From assembly GCA_964016885.1 (NCBI GenBank), contig OZ024742.1, positions 241,242,001 to 241,306,000 of the forward strand: DNA of 64,000 nt, in the 5' to 3' direction. The stretch is from Eledone cirrhosa. Lineage: Eukaryota. Shown here one piece after another: positions 1-13,173 of this stretch; the stretch's first letter is position 1, and the number at the start of each line of letters is the position of its first letter. The notes under the pieces were generated by a model, which searched no databases, was not told the DNA's origin, and was given only the letters and a program-made list of their open reading frames with translations. The translations under genes and the position numbers were made by a program.

Positions 1-343
1 CGCTGGACTAAAAGTGTCAACTAATTCTGGTCATCAACTTCGGAGTAAAATGTAGGCTGATAAACTTAATTATTTATTTTCTTCTTATTTTTTTGTATAT
101 TTACGGCCCAGTTGATTGGAAGCTTTGATATTACAAGAGTGGTGTCCTGCTGGCGCCAAATTTAAACCCAAAGAAGTTTAGCGCGGTCCCCTGTGATGTA
201 TATGGGAGTAAAGGTGAGAGTTGCATGTATAGGTAGGTTATACAAAGATTTCTGGGACAGTGTGATTTAGTAAGGTTTAAAACTATATATAAAACCACAC
301 GTTCACAAACACCTAGACAGCATACGGGTACGCACAAGCATAG

Positions 344-634
344 TCTAGGTCTAAAGTCTGTCTTAAGCCAGAAGGCTTATTTGGCTGGTGCTTATCCCAG
401 TTTCATGGCGTGAAGTGACTGAGAGTAAAATACTCCCCCTGGACAGGACGCCAGTCCATCGCAAGGTTAAACCTCCAGCTATTGCTGGTTCTCATTTCCA
501 GCTGAGTATACTGGAGCTACGTGAAATGAAGTGTTTTGCTCAAGAACACAACACACAACCCAGAAATCGAGCCCACGACATTATGATCATAAGTCCAACA
601 CCCTTACCACTAGGCCACGTGCTTCCACAGGCAT
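344..634 (-). mobile_element. tRNA-derived SINE with 8-bp target-site duplication
   Basis: Minus strand has A box tggcctagtggt and B-box-like gggctcgatttc, then a SINE body (tgtgttcttgagcaaaacactt...). Flanked by direct repeat aagcatag at 336-343 and 635-642. Confidence 0.8.
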
Positions 635-1359
635 AAGCATAGAGGGGTATATGAAAAAAATATTTATCCCAAAGCATACATGAATGTAATGGTTATGCCC
701 CATCGTAAATACGGAAGTGCATAGTTGCAAATATGCAAATATGCGAGTACAGGCAGACTATGCCTCATGCATGTATACAGGGCAGATGCAATAATTGTAG
801 ATGTCAGCGGGGAAAAATATCTCCCACAGAGTAGGTGGTTAGTAATTAGCGTGATTAATGAATTGAAGTGTAATATGTCTACCGAATCGAGGTGTTATAG
901 GATCATTAGTAGAGCTATCTAGGGGAAGTAGAAGGGCGTGGCCGTCCGTAAGAAAGACAGGCCTGTGTATTAACACAATGAATTACTAGAGGGTTTTGAA
1001 GTTAAGTAATCACTTAAGCAAGTTCACGCTAAAGAGTTTGGTACGAACAAAACTAACTACAGATTCTAAGGAAAGTTTTAGATATCTTGTCCCTACATGT
1101 GTTGAAGAAGTCCAAACGCTTGTTGAATATTTGGGGCACACCCTGTATAAAATGTGTATCCAAATACCGGCCTGATCATTTGCTTCTGTGCTCACAGCTC
1201 AAATAATTACTGCGCATATATTGTCTAGCATTTATTTTCTATTCTAAAACCAACACCTTACACCGACATCAGTCATATTTACTACACCAATATGGATATA
1301 GGCTATGTTTTTTTTTTTTATATAAGTGTTCGTTTTACAGTTTCTATTTGTTTTCTTTG

Positions 1360-1438
1360 CTTTCATTTCTTTTTTCTTTTTTCTTTTTTCTTTTTTCTTT
1401 TTTCTTTTTTCTTTTTTCTTTTTTCTTTTTTCTTTTTC
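1360..1438. repeat. T-rich (TTTTTTC)n-like simple repeat
   Basis: Directly visible; explains the spurious Phe-rich ORFs. Confidence 0.9.
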
Positions 1439-1740
1439 GTATATATTTGGCAGTATATTTATTTATTATTTTATATATTTCTACCTTTTATTTTTAAGGA
1501 GGAAATAAATACTGAAAGATTTCTGCGAAGTTGCCGATTCACAGCAGATTGATTTGAACACCTTTATTTAGTATACGACTGAATCTCAGGTGCAGCCTCT
1601 GCCTGTTCAGCCATATTTGAAGCATATTTTGATTTACAGGATTGCCAGAAGATATTTCTGTTTTTCACTTTCTATTTCACATTCTTTCATCTTCTCTTTA
1701 ACTTTCCGCTTTCTTCATCACTCTAATTTTATATATATAT

Positions 1741-3895
<2,155 letters not shown>

Positions 3896-3955
3896 TATAT
3901 ATATAGATATAGATAGGTAAATATACACGGGTGTGTATGATTGTGTATAGAAGAT

Positions 3956-4354
3956 TATATTAATAAAAGGAATTCCAACTTTGTCTGATTTACTCGTTTT
4001 ATTTACAATCCTTTAAAATATATATAATATGGTATTATAATGAAATAGTATGATAGAATATTAAATTCTAAGTGTTAATTGAACAAGTACTTTCATGCTT
4101 TCATGCTTTCGCAATCTTCAGGTTCATGATATGTGGTGACAGTCGAGTTTGCAATTTTCAACAGTTGAAAATTGCAAACTCGACTGTCACCACATATCAT
4201 GAACCTGAAGATTGCGAAAGCATGAAAGTACTTGTTCAATTAACACTTAGAATTTAATATTCTATCATACTATTTCATTATAATACCATATTATATATAT
4301 TTTAAAGGATTGTAAATAAAACGAGTAAATCAGACAAAGTTGGAATTCCTCTTA

Positions 4355-4362
<8 letters not shown>
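3956..4362. repeat. ~400-bp near-perfect palindrome (inverted Penelope-like tail) with a hammerhead in each arm
   Basis: Arms mirror around 4163 (ttttcaac-a-gttgaaaa); the left arm carries an 8-bp duplication ttcatgct. Confidence 0.9.
4200..4238 (+). ncRNA. Minimal type I hammerhead ribozyme
   Basis: tgaac-CTGAAGA-t-tgc(gaaa)gca-t-GAAA-gtac-TT-gttca: helix I tgaac/gttca, GNRA-capped helix II, palindromic GTAC loop III. Confidence 0.8.
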
Positions 4363-4443
<81 letters not shown>

Positions 4444-4581
4444 CTGTATATATATATATATATATATAGACATACACATACATATATATACATACACACA
4501 TATATATATATATATATATGTCTAATGGTAGCTAAGATGCTTCCATAGGCGGTATGCCGATATGATCCGAAATCAATAGAC

Positions 4582-4669
4582 GTGTCCGAGGAACCTGCGA
4601 GTCTAGAGTCAGGTAGATCCACACACGGATCGCAACTCGAGCTGTTCGCCGGGGAAACAATTGTAACAC
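4582..4669 (+). ncRNA. Hammerhead-like motif with U4C core change (probably decayed)
   Basis: gtgt-CCGAGGA-acctgcga...tcgccggg-GAAAC-aatt-GTA-acac. Confidence 0.55.
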
Positions 4670-4801
4670 ACAATAAAACTGAGTTCCGATGCATCACTGA
4701 TTTTTCGTTTTCCATTCTATATATATATATATATATATATAACCAATACTGGAATTGAATAATCAAGACCTTAGCGGTATGTCATATATCAAATCATATA
4801 T

Positions 4802-4861
4802 TTTGTCTGATGAGGACGTACTGAAAAAACAACACAGTACCTTTGAAATATATATAATAAA
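4802..4861 (+). ncRNA. Type I hammerhead ribozyme
   Basis: tttgt-CTGATGA-ggacgtactg...cagtaccttt-GAAA-tatata-TA-ataaa, in a mini-element between (TA)n tracts. Confidence 0.65.
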
Positions 4862-4974
4862 GTATATATTTTGATTATGAGATTATTTTTCATTTGTTAA
4901 CATTTTGATTAATATATATATATATATATATCAAGTAAGTATGTTTTGAAACAGTGAGCGAGTTTGAAATTAGA

Positions 4975-5112
4975 ATATATATAGCATTCACCGTATTTTT
5001 AACTAAAGGAATGTTAGCTTGATAACGGGGTTTAGAACCCTCAGATAAATGGAAAAAGATGAGTATTGACGTACATGTAACTAAATTCCTTTAGTTAAAA
5101 ATACGGTGAATG

Positions 5113-5120
<8 letters not shown>
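4975..5120. repeat. Short fold-back element (~38-bp inverted repeats) in (TA)n
   Basis: tatagcattcaccgtatttttaactaaaggaat ... attcctttagttaaaaatacggtgaatgctata. Confidence 0.75.
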
Positions 5121-5167
<47 letters not shown>

Positions 5168-5185
5168 TATATATATATATATATA

Positions 5186-5293
5186 TTCAAATCCCGCCGA
5201 GGTTAACTTTACCTTTCATCCTTACGGGGTCGATAAAATAAAGTACCAGTAATATACTGGATATTTTGCTGGCCTTGTGCCTAAAGTAGAAAC

Positions 5294-5298
<5 letters not shown>
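5186..5298 (+). mobile_element. 5'-truncated CORE-like SINE (abundant family S1)
   Basis: ttcaaatcccgccgaggttaactttacctttcatccttacggggtcgataaaataaagtaccag, shared with 7 other copies in the window. Confidence 0.85.
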
Positions 5299-5334
<36 letters not shown>

Positions 5335-5595
5335 AACATGATATATATAGATATACAGAGTGTGTAACTGAGACTGCACCAACGTGTATAAATATAATTT
5401 CCTTCTAAATTGAGAAAATATGTACGTAGATATACATATGGTAAATATAACACATCTAATTTTTTCTAACTTAAGGTATATTTATCATCAAAGTATTTAG
5501 TTTACAATAAGTCTGAAAATTCAGAGCCCCGACATATGTCTATGTAATAAATTATGGTACAGTTTGTTTGTGAGCCCAGAAAATACAAACGTACA

Positions 5596-5651
<56 letters not shown>

Positions 5652-5652
5652 T

Positions 5653-6138
5653 GCGATCAAAAGTTTACCCTAAAATGGGAGAAATTAGCTAAAACCCAGA
5701 GCTTTTCCAGGAGCCACAATTTCTGCAAATTGTGTAATCTTGAGATTTATTACATAATCACACACAAGAAGAAATTGCTGAATAACAGAATTGAACGAAC
5801 ATTATTTTGCCGTCACCGAACTAAAACCCTTTTTTCCCACTACAAGCCGAATATTACATAAAAGAGGGACATCCCCCCAACTATATAAACCTCAATCTAG
5901 TTAGAAAAATATAAAAACAATTTCTTCTCAACATATATATGTATATTAATAACCTCAAATTACCACACTAATAATGGAAAGATATGCTGATGAGAATAGG
6001 TGCAAAAATGCGATAATGAATGTGTCTAAAAGCGACCATAAGTATGTATATATATGTGAAAATGTATATAAATAAGTAAATATATATATATGTTTGATGT
6101 GTATAGTTAGATGTAAGTGTATTCATGTATTAAAGTGC

Positions 6139-6219
<81 letters not shown>

Positions 6220-6865
6220 TATATATATATATATAGATATATGTATATGTATATATATACACATAGACTAGAGAATGTATGTATATATGTGTGTGTCTAT
6301 ACGTGTGTATATATATATGTATGCATGTGTATATGTATGTAAGTATGAACAAGTTACTATGTGAATGTGAGTATATGTATTTTGTAGAGGGGTGCAAATA
6401 TGTTTGTGTGAGAATGCGTGGGTGAAAGGATACGTACACTGGAAAGAAAAAATTTAAGTCTGAATGTTAATTAAGTGCAAACACAAAACCAACCACGCGA
6501 ATCTTTACTATCTCTAATCCTTCTATAGATTTAGAAAAATAACCAATAATATATTCTATAAAAATGTCAAAACAACAGATGGGAATCTAATTACTCACTG
6601 CCACCAAAAATTCTCAGCGCTATCAAAAAAACCACTCCCTCAACTATTCTTCTAACAACTTCACCCCTCCCTCCTAATATTCTCTATAAAAACCAAACAG
6701 GTCCACAGTAATATTATTCTGATGAAATGACAGTAAATAATAACATTGAAATATTGATTGTCTGCATAACTAATACTTTGTAGATAGCAGCTGTTTTAGG
6801 TTACGTAACTGTTATAGAAACACGTGTCAATAAATTCCTTTCAACTAAACTGTATCCATTCAAAT

Positions 6866-6870
<5 letters not shown>
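5653..6870 (+). mobile_element. Penelope family A, copy 2 (endonuclease C-terminus + pLTR)
   Basis: Near-identical to 2594-3895; hammerhead at 6714-6833; (TA)n on both sides. Confidence 0.9.
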
Positions 6871-6921
<51 letters not shown>

Positions 6922-7009
6922 GATATTAACAAATGGAAACTATATTTATAAAACCATATTTATTTTATTATACATATTTCAAGGACACCACGTTAAATAT
7001 ATATATTTA

Positions 7010-7440
7010 TTAAAATAACAGATTAAAGTTTAAGCAAAGAATCGCTGCTTTCACCCTTAACGGATTCTTCTGAAACTAACAAAGTCAATCTGTAAACGCA
7101 GAAGTGGATATTTCAAAAAACGTTGCAACCACAGGAACACAGGAAGACGATACTTTGGTTCGTGGAAACGTTCCCTGGCAAAGAACGGGAAAAAACGAAT
7201 ATAATACGTCATTAATAGGAGCGGTGAAAAACAATTACGCGCAAAGACAGAACCACGTTTATGGTATAAAAGAAGTCGTAGACTAATGTTCTCTTAGGTG
7301 GTTCATAGAGACGTTCTCTGGCTATGAACGGAAAAAACGAAGATAATACGTCGTATGTGGACCGTGGAGAACAATTGCACGCAAAGACAAAACCACGTAA
7401 ATGGTATAGCTGAAGTCGTAGACTAAAATTCTAACTAGGA
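7010..7440 (-). mobile_element. Non-coding repeat family B with a hammerhead-like 3' end (related copies at 19208-19305 + and 26931-27105 -)
   Basis: Shared terminus taaaataacagattaaagtttaagcaaagaatcgctgctttcaccc...; internal ~141-bp tandem duplication at ~7165-7430. Confidence 0.7.
7027..7077 (-). ncRNA. Type I hammerhead-like fold with CAGAAGA (U4A) core
   Basis: Minus strand reads agttt-CAGAAGA-atcc(gttaa)gggt-GAAA-gca(gcgattctt)tgc-TT-aaact; all three helices pair. Confidence 0.6.
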
Positions 7441-8076
7441 AACCGAATGAATCTCCGCTTCAGAGTTAAGAATAAAGTAAATAAAATACAATTCAGAGGT
7501 AATAGAAATTAAAACATACACGCATGCAAATACGTACATCCACAAGCATACGCGGAAACACTTGCCATAGGTATATAAAACCACGCACATATAAATATGT
7601 GTGTGTGTGTGTGCGTGTATACAAATAAATAAATAATTAAATAAACGTATATAAATAAATAAATGCGTATATAACAAGCGCACACACATACCTACATGTA
7701 AATACACAAATGTTCGGAGACGTTAGTCAACCAAAACATGAAGTACACATATACACACACCCAACATACGTACGAACCTGCATACTCACACAGACACAAA
7801 ACTCCCGTATACACATAATCAAACCATATGTACTAGAATATATAAAAAATTATACTCCATAACATATACAATCAAATATACGCACGAGAAAGTATACGTA
7901 CTTTCACCAAACATACAGGTAATATATACTTACCTATGCAAATAAGTAATGGTATAAACAAAACATATACTTAGCTACCACATCAAGACGTAAAATATCC
8001 ACGTATAGATCGTACTATCCGTTAGGGTATAATGTGGGGCTGTAATACAGGAAAGTTTTGTGCAATTTATATATAT

Positions 8077-8153
<77 letters not shown>

Positions 8154-8229
8154 TTTGTATATACATATATATATATACATATATATATATACATATATAT
8201 ATATATGTGTGGGTGTATATATATATATT

Positions 8230-8406
8230 ACTTCTTTCCCTTACCTTCATACACGACTTTTACGTGTATCTGTTCTCTCCTTATCCGAACTTTCCTGAAG
8301 AAGGACTTATATCCAAAACGTTCAAACCATCCAACTTCCGCCTAATATATCTCTATAACTGTGTAAAATTGTCTCCTGTGCTTTGTTTGGTTTGTTTCAT
8401 TTGTCA

Positions 8407-8411
<5 letters not shown>
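8230..8411 (+). mobile_element. Penelope-like 3' tail fragment with decayed hammerhead
   Basis: CTGAAGA-aggacttatatcc-AAAACGTT (G12 mutated); related to 20530-20660. Confidence 0.5.
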
Positions 8412-8493
<82 letters not shown>

Positions 8494-8497
<4 letters not shown>

Positions 8498-9326
8498 TAT
8501 TTTCCGTTGTGTTGTAATATAAATATTACACACAGTAGATTATCAGCTCACGTAGAGTTTGCTCGACGGTTCCAGTTGTAGTTCCAAAAGTAATCCGGAG
8601 AAAAATAGAAAGATTTGAATGGATACAGTTTAGTTGAAAGGAATTTATTGACACGTGTTTCTATAACAGTTACATAACCTAAAACAGCTGCTATCTACAA
8701 ACTTTTAGTTATGCAGACATTCAATATTTCAATGTTATTATTTACTGTCATTTCATCAGAATAATATTACTGAGGACCTATTTAGTTTTTATAGAGAATA
8801 TTAGGAGGGAGGGGTGAAGTTGTTAGAAGAATAGTTGAAGGAGTGGTTTTTCGATAGCAGTGAGAATTCTTGGTGGCAGTGAGTAATTAGATTCCCATCT
8901 GTTGTTTTGACATTTTTTATAGAATATATTATTGGTTATTTTTCTAAATCTATAGAAGGATTAGAGATAGTAAAGATATGCGTGGTTGGTTTTGTGTTTG
9001 CACTTAATTAACATTCAGACTTAAATTTTTCTTTCAAGTGTACGTATCCTTTCACCCACGCATTCACAAACAAATATATTTGCACACCTCTACAAAATAC
9101 ATATACTCACAATTCACATATTCATACTTACATATATATACACATGCATACACATATATATACACACATGTATTCATGTACATACATACGCGCTCATGTG
9201 TATACATTTTCATACTCAACTTATCTTTATATACACACGTATAGACACACACATATATACATACATACTCTAGTCCATGTGTACACACATACACATATAT
9301 ACACATCCATATACACATATATACAT

Positions 9327-9393
<67 letters not shown>

Positions 9394-10650
9394 CACTTTA
9401 ATACATGAATACACTTACATCTAACTATACACATCAAACATATATATATATATTTACTTATTTATATACATTTTCACATATATATACATACTTATGGACG
9501 TTTTTAGACACATTCATTATCGCATATTTGTACCTATTCTCATCAGCATATCTTTCCATTATTAGTGTGGTAATTTAAGGTTATTAATATATGTAGAGAA
9601 GAGATTGTTTTTATATTTTTCTAACTAGATTAAGGTTTATATAGTTGGGGGATGTCCCTCTTTTATGTAATATTCGGCTTGTAGTGGGAAAAAAGGGTTT
9701 TAGTTCTGTGACGGCAGAATAATGTTCGTTCAATTCTGTTATTCAGCAGTTTCTTCTTGTGTGTGATTATGTAATAAATCTCAAGATTACACAATTTGCA
9801 GAAATTTTGGCTCCTGGAAAAGCCTTGGGTTTTAGCTAATTTTTCCCATTTTAGGGTAAACTTTTGATCGCTATCCCTGAGCGTCCAAGCTTTTTCTGCT
9901 AAAGTTGTTACATTTCTTTGGCTCTGGTGTTTTATTGAGTAAGAATGCCTATACAATCGAGATTTAAACGATGTTGCCGTTGATCCCACGTAATACCACT
10001 CGTTGCCTCCGGATTTAATGGTACACTTATAAATAATATTTTTTTCCAGGCAGTTATTGCCGAGGGGGCAGTTGTCAGGATAGGTGCAGTTACAGTTGTG
10101 TACGTTGGGTTTTCTCTGGAGTAGTATTGCGGACGAACTTAGGTGTGGTTTATTTATGTTCTGTAGTTTATTGTTTACTGTTTTTTTTGTGTTCTTTGTA
10201 CTTAAGTTCTCAGTGTTTTCGTTTAACCTTCTAGTATTGATCTTTTTTATGTGTTGTTCAAGGTTTAACGCTGTAGAGTATGACAGTCTTATAGTGGTAG
10301 GGTTTAGGATTTTGTGGTATTTGTGTGATGTGGGAAAATGTCTTTTAATTATTTTAAAGAAGAGTACTGGTAAATTTGTACTAATGGAACTATTGTATTC
10401 GGGGTTATACCATAAGTACTCTTTGCATCGCTTTCTATTAGTTTTGTTTGTTGGTTTACTGGTGTGCATACTATGGTAGTAAGTGTGGTTTGGTGTTGTG
10501 TTATTATATCTACCTATGTGGTATTTATTTTGGGTGTTTTGATTGTTCCCATCTATGTACTCTATTTTGTTGAGGTAGCCTGCTTTACTAAGGGCGTTAT
10601 CGTAGTACTCGGCGTGTTCCTTAAATACTTGTATGTTAGAAGATAGACCC
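8494..10650 (-). mobile_element. Penelope family A, copy 3 (inverted arm), with ~110-bp 3' extension
   Basis: Reverse complement of copy 1; hammerhead on minus at 8645-8764. Confidence 0.9.
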
Positions 10651-10655
10651 GGCAA
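9663..10655 (-). CDS. Penelope RT-thumb/linker/GIY-YIG endonuclease ORF (5'-truncated, uninterrupted 330 aa)
   Basis: WYNP, LSYS, CNC..CPLGNNC, IIYKC...YYVGST, CKLC...CRH motifs. Confidence 0.8.
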   Translation of the reverse strand: MPGLSSNIQVFKEHAEYYDNALSKAGYLNKIEYIDGNNQNTQNKYHIGRYNNTTPNHTYYHSMHTSKPTNKTNRKRCKEYLWYNPEYNSSISTNLPVLFFKIIKRHFPTSHKYHKILNPTTIRLSYSTALNLEQHIKKINTRRLNENTENLSTKNTKKTVNNKLQNINKPHLSSSAILLQRKPNVHNCNCTYPDNCPLGNNCLEKNIIYKCTIKSGGNEWYYVGSTATSFKSRLYRHSYSIKHQSQRNVTTLAEKAWTLRDSDQKFTLKWEKLAKTQGFSRSQNFCKLCNLEIYYIITHKKKLLNNRIERTLFCRHRTKTLFSHYKPNIT

Positions 10656-11320
10656 TAACTGCCTGGAAAAAAATATTATTTATAAGTGTACCATTAAATC
10701 CGGAGGCAACGAGTGGTATTACGTGGGATCAACGGCAACATCGTTTAAATCTCGATTGTATAGGCATTCTTACTCAATAAAACACCAGAGCCAAAGAAAT
10801 GTAACAACTTTAGCAGAAAAAGCTTGGACGCTCAGGGATAGCGATCAAAAGTTTACCCTAAAATGGGAAAAATTAGCTAAAACCCAAAGCTTTTCCAGGA
10901 GCCAAAATTTCTGCAAATTGTGTAATCTTGAGATTTATTACATAATCACACACAAGAAGAAACTGCTGAATAACAGAATTGAACGAACATTATTCTGCCG
11001 TCACAGAACTAAAACCCTTTTTTCCCACTACAAGCCGAATATTACATAAAAGAGGGACATCCCCCAACTATATAAACCTTAATCTAGTTAGAAAAATATA
11101 AAAACAATCTCTTCTCAACATATATTAATAACCTTAAATTACCACACTAATAATGGAAAGATATGCTGATGAGAATAGGTACAAATATGCGATAATGAAT
11201 GTGTCTAAAAACGTCCATAAGTATGTATATATATGTGAAAATGTATATAAATAAGTAAATATATATATATATATGTTTGATGTGTATAGTTAGATGTAAG
11301 TGTATTCATGTATTAAAGTG

Positions 11321-11382
<62 letters not shown>

Positions 11383-12311
11383 TATGTATATATGTGTATA
11401 TGGATGTGTATGTATGTGTATGTGTGTACAAATGAACTAGAGTATGTATGTATATATGTGTGTGTCTATACGTGTGTATATAAAGATAAGTTGAGTATGA
11501 AAATGTATACACATGAGCGCGTATGTATGTACATGAAACATGTGTGTATATATATGTGTATGCATGTGTATATATATGTAAGTATGAATATGTGAATTGT
11601 GAGTATATGTATTTTGTAGAGGTGTGCAAATATATTTGTTTGTGAATGCGTGGGTGAAAGGATACGTACACTTGAAAGAAAAATTTAAGTCTGAATGTTA
11701 ATTAAGTGCAAACACAAAACCAACCACGCATATCTTTACTATCTCTAATCCTTCTATAGATTTAGAAAAATAACCAATAATATATTCTATAAAAAATGTC
11801 AAAACAACAGATGGGAATCTAATTACTCACTGCCACCAAGAATTCTCACTGCTATCGAAAAACCACTCCTTCAACTATTCTTCTAACAACTTCACCCCTC
11901 CCTCCTAATATTCTCTATAAAAACTAAATAGGTCCTCAGTAATATTATTCTGATGAAATGACAGTAAATAATTGTTTCTACTTTAGGCACAAGGCCAGCA
12001 ATCATCCAGTGCATTACTGGTACTTTATTTTATCGACCCCGTAAGGATGAAAGGCAAAGTAAACCTCGGCGGGATTTGAACTCAGATCGTAAAGGGACGT
12101 AACTATGCTGGAAAGCATGGCGTCAAACCCTCTACCGATACTGCCAATCCACCACCCTCTTGTGGATGAAATGACAGTAAATAATAACATTGAAATATTG
12201 AATGTCTGCATAACTAAAAGTTTGTAGATAGCAGCTGTTTTAGGTTATGTAACTGTTATAGAAACACGTGTCAATAAATTCCTTTCAACTAAACTGTATC
12301 CATTCAAATCT

Positions 12312-12316
<5 letters not shown>
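10649..12316 (+). mobile_element. Penelope family A, copy 4 (direct arm of the inversion), interrupted by a SINE
   Basis: Starts at GNNCLEKNIIYKC; mirror image of 8606-10062; ends in (TA)n. Confidence 0.9.
11973..12164 (-). mobile_element. Full-length SINE S1 with 21-bp TSD
   Basis: A box tggcagtatcgg and B box gagttcaaatcc on minus; TSD gatgaaatgacagtaaataat at 11952-11972 and 12165-12185. Confidence 0.9.
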
Positions 12317-12410
<94 letters not shown>

Positions 12411-12492
12411 ATCATAAGGATATGTATATATTTAACGGTGTGGCTCGATGAGTGAATGAATTAAGTAAATAATGATCAATCAGAGCTATATG

Positions 12493-12535
<43 letters not shown>

Positions 12536-13049
12536 TAGTGTAATGAATTCTTTTACAATGGAATTAGCTCGAAGAAGGAAATACCCCTGAGCCGTGTATA
12601 AACTAATATATATGATGAATATATATATATATATATATATATATTTATTTATTTATTTATTTATTTATTTATAATGTACATACAGACACATGCATACATG
12701 TATGTCGTAGACGAGTTACATGCAACATAAGTTTGACTTGAAGGAATATTTTTCATGAAATGCTCAATAAATATTTAAGTTTATTTAATAAAACATTCAC
12801 AGATACGACATGAGTCGATATGATAATATATGTAACAGAGTTTCAGAACCCTGAAAATATCATGGAAGATAAGTATATGTATCAGGGGCATATCAATGTT
12901 TCTGAGAACGAACGTATGACTCACATATTGAATGACCTGTAAAAGGAAATCTAATTGTACGTAGGCATCAACTAGTCATACATAACTATATAGAGGGGGA
13001 ACAGATGGAATGTGACGAGACTGTAAGATGAATTGAAAGAAAAAAAGAT

Positions 13050-13173
13050 GGTTGTAGAAAGAGCGTAATCGTTAAGGAGTTAGATTCGCAACCACGTGAT
13101 TCCCGGTTCAATTCCACTGTGTGGCCCTTTGGGCATGTGTCTTCTAGTATAGACTCCGGTTGACCAATTCCTT
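13050..13173 (+). mobile_element. 5' half of a tRNA-derived SINE, fused to the tandem array
   Basis: B box ggttcaattcc at 13105-13115, followed by actgtgtggccctttgggcatgtgtcttctagtatag, which resembles a common octopus SINE; the 3' half is absent. Confidence 0.7.

Noticed and set aside
1-1260. Short ORFs flanking the first SINE
   Set aside because: No convincing domain motifs; left unassigned.
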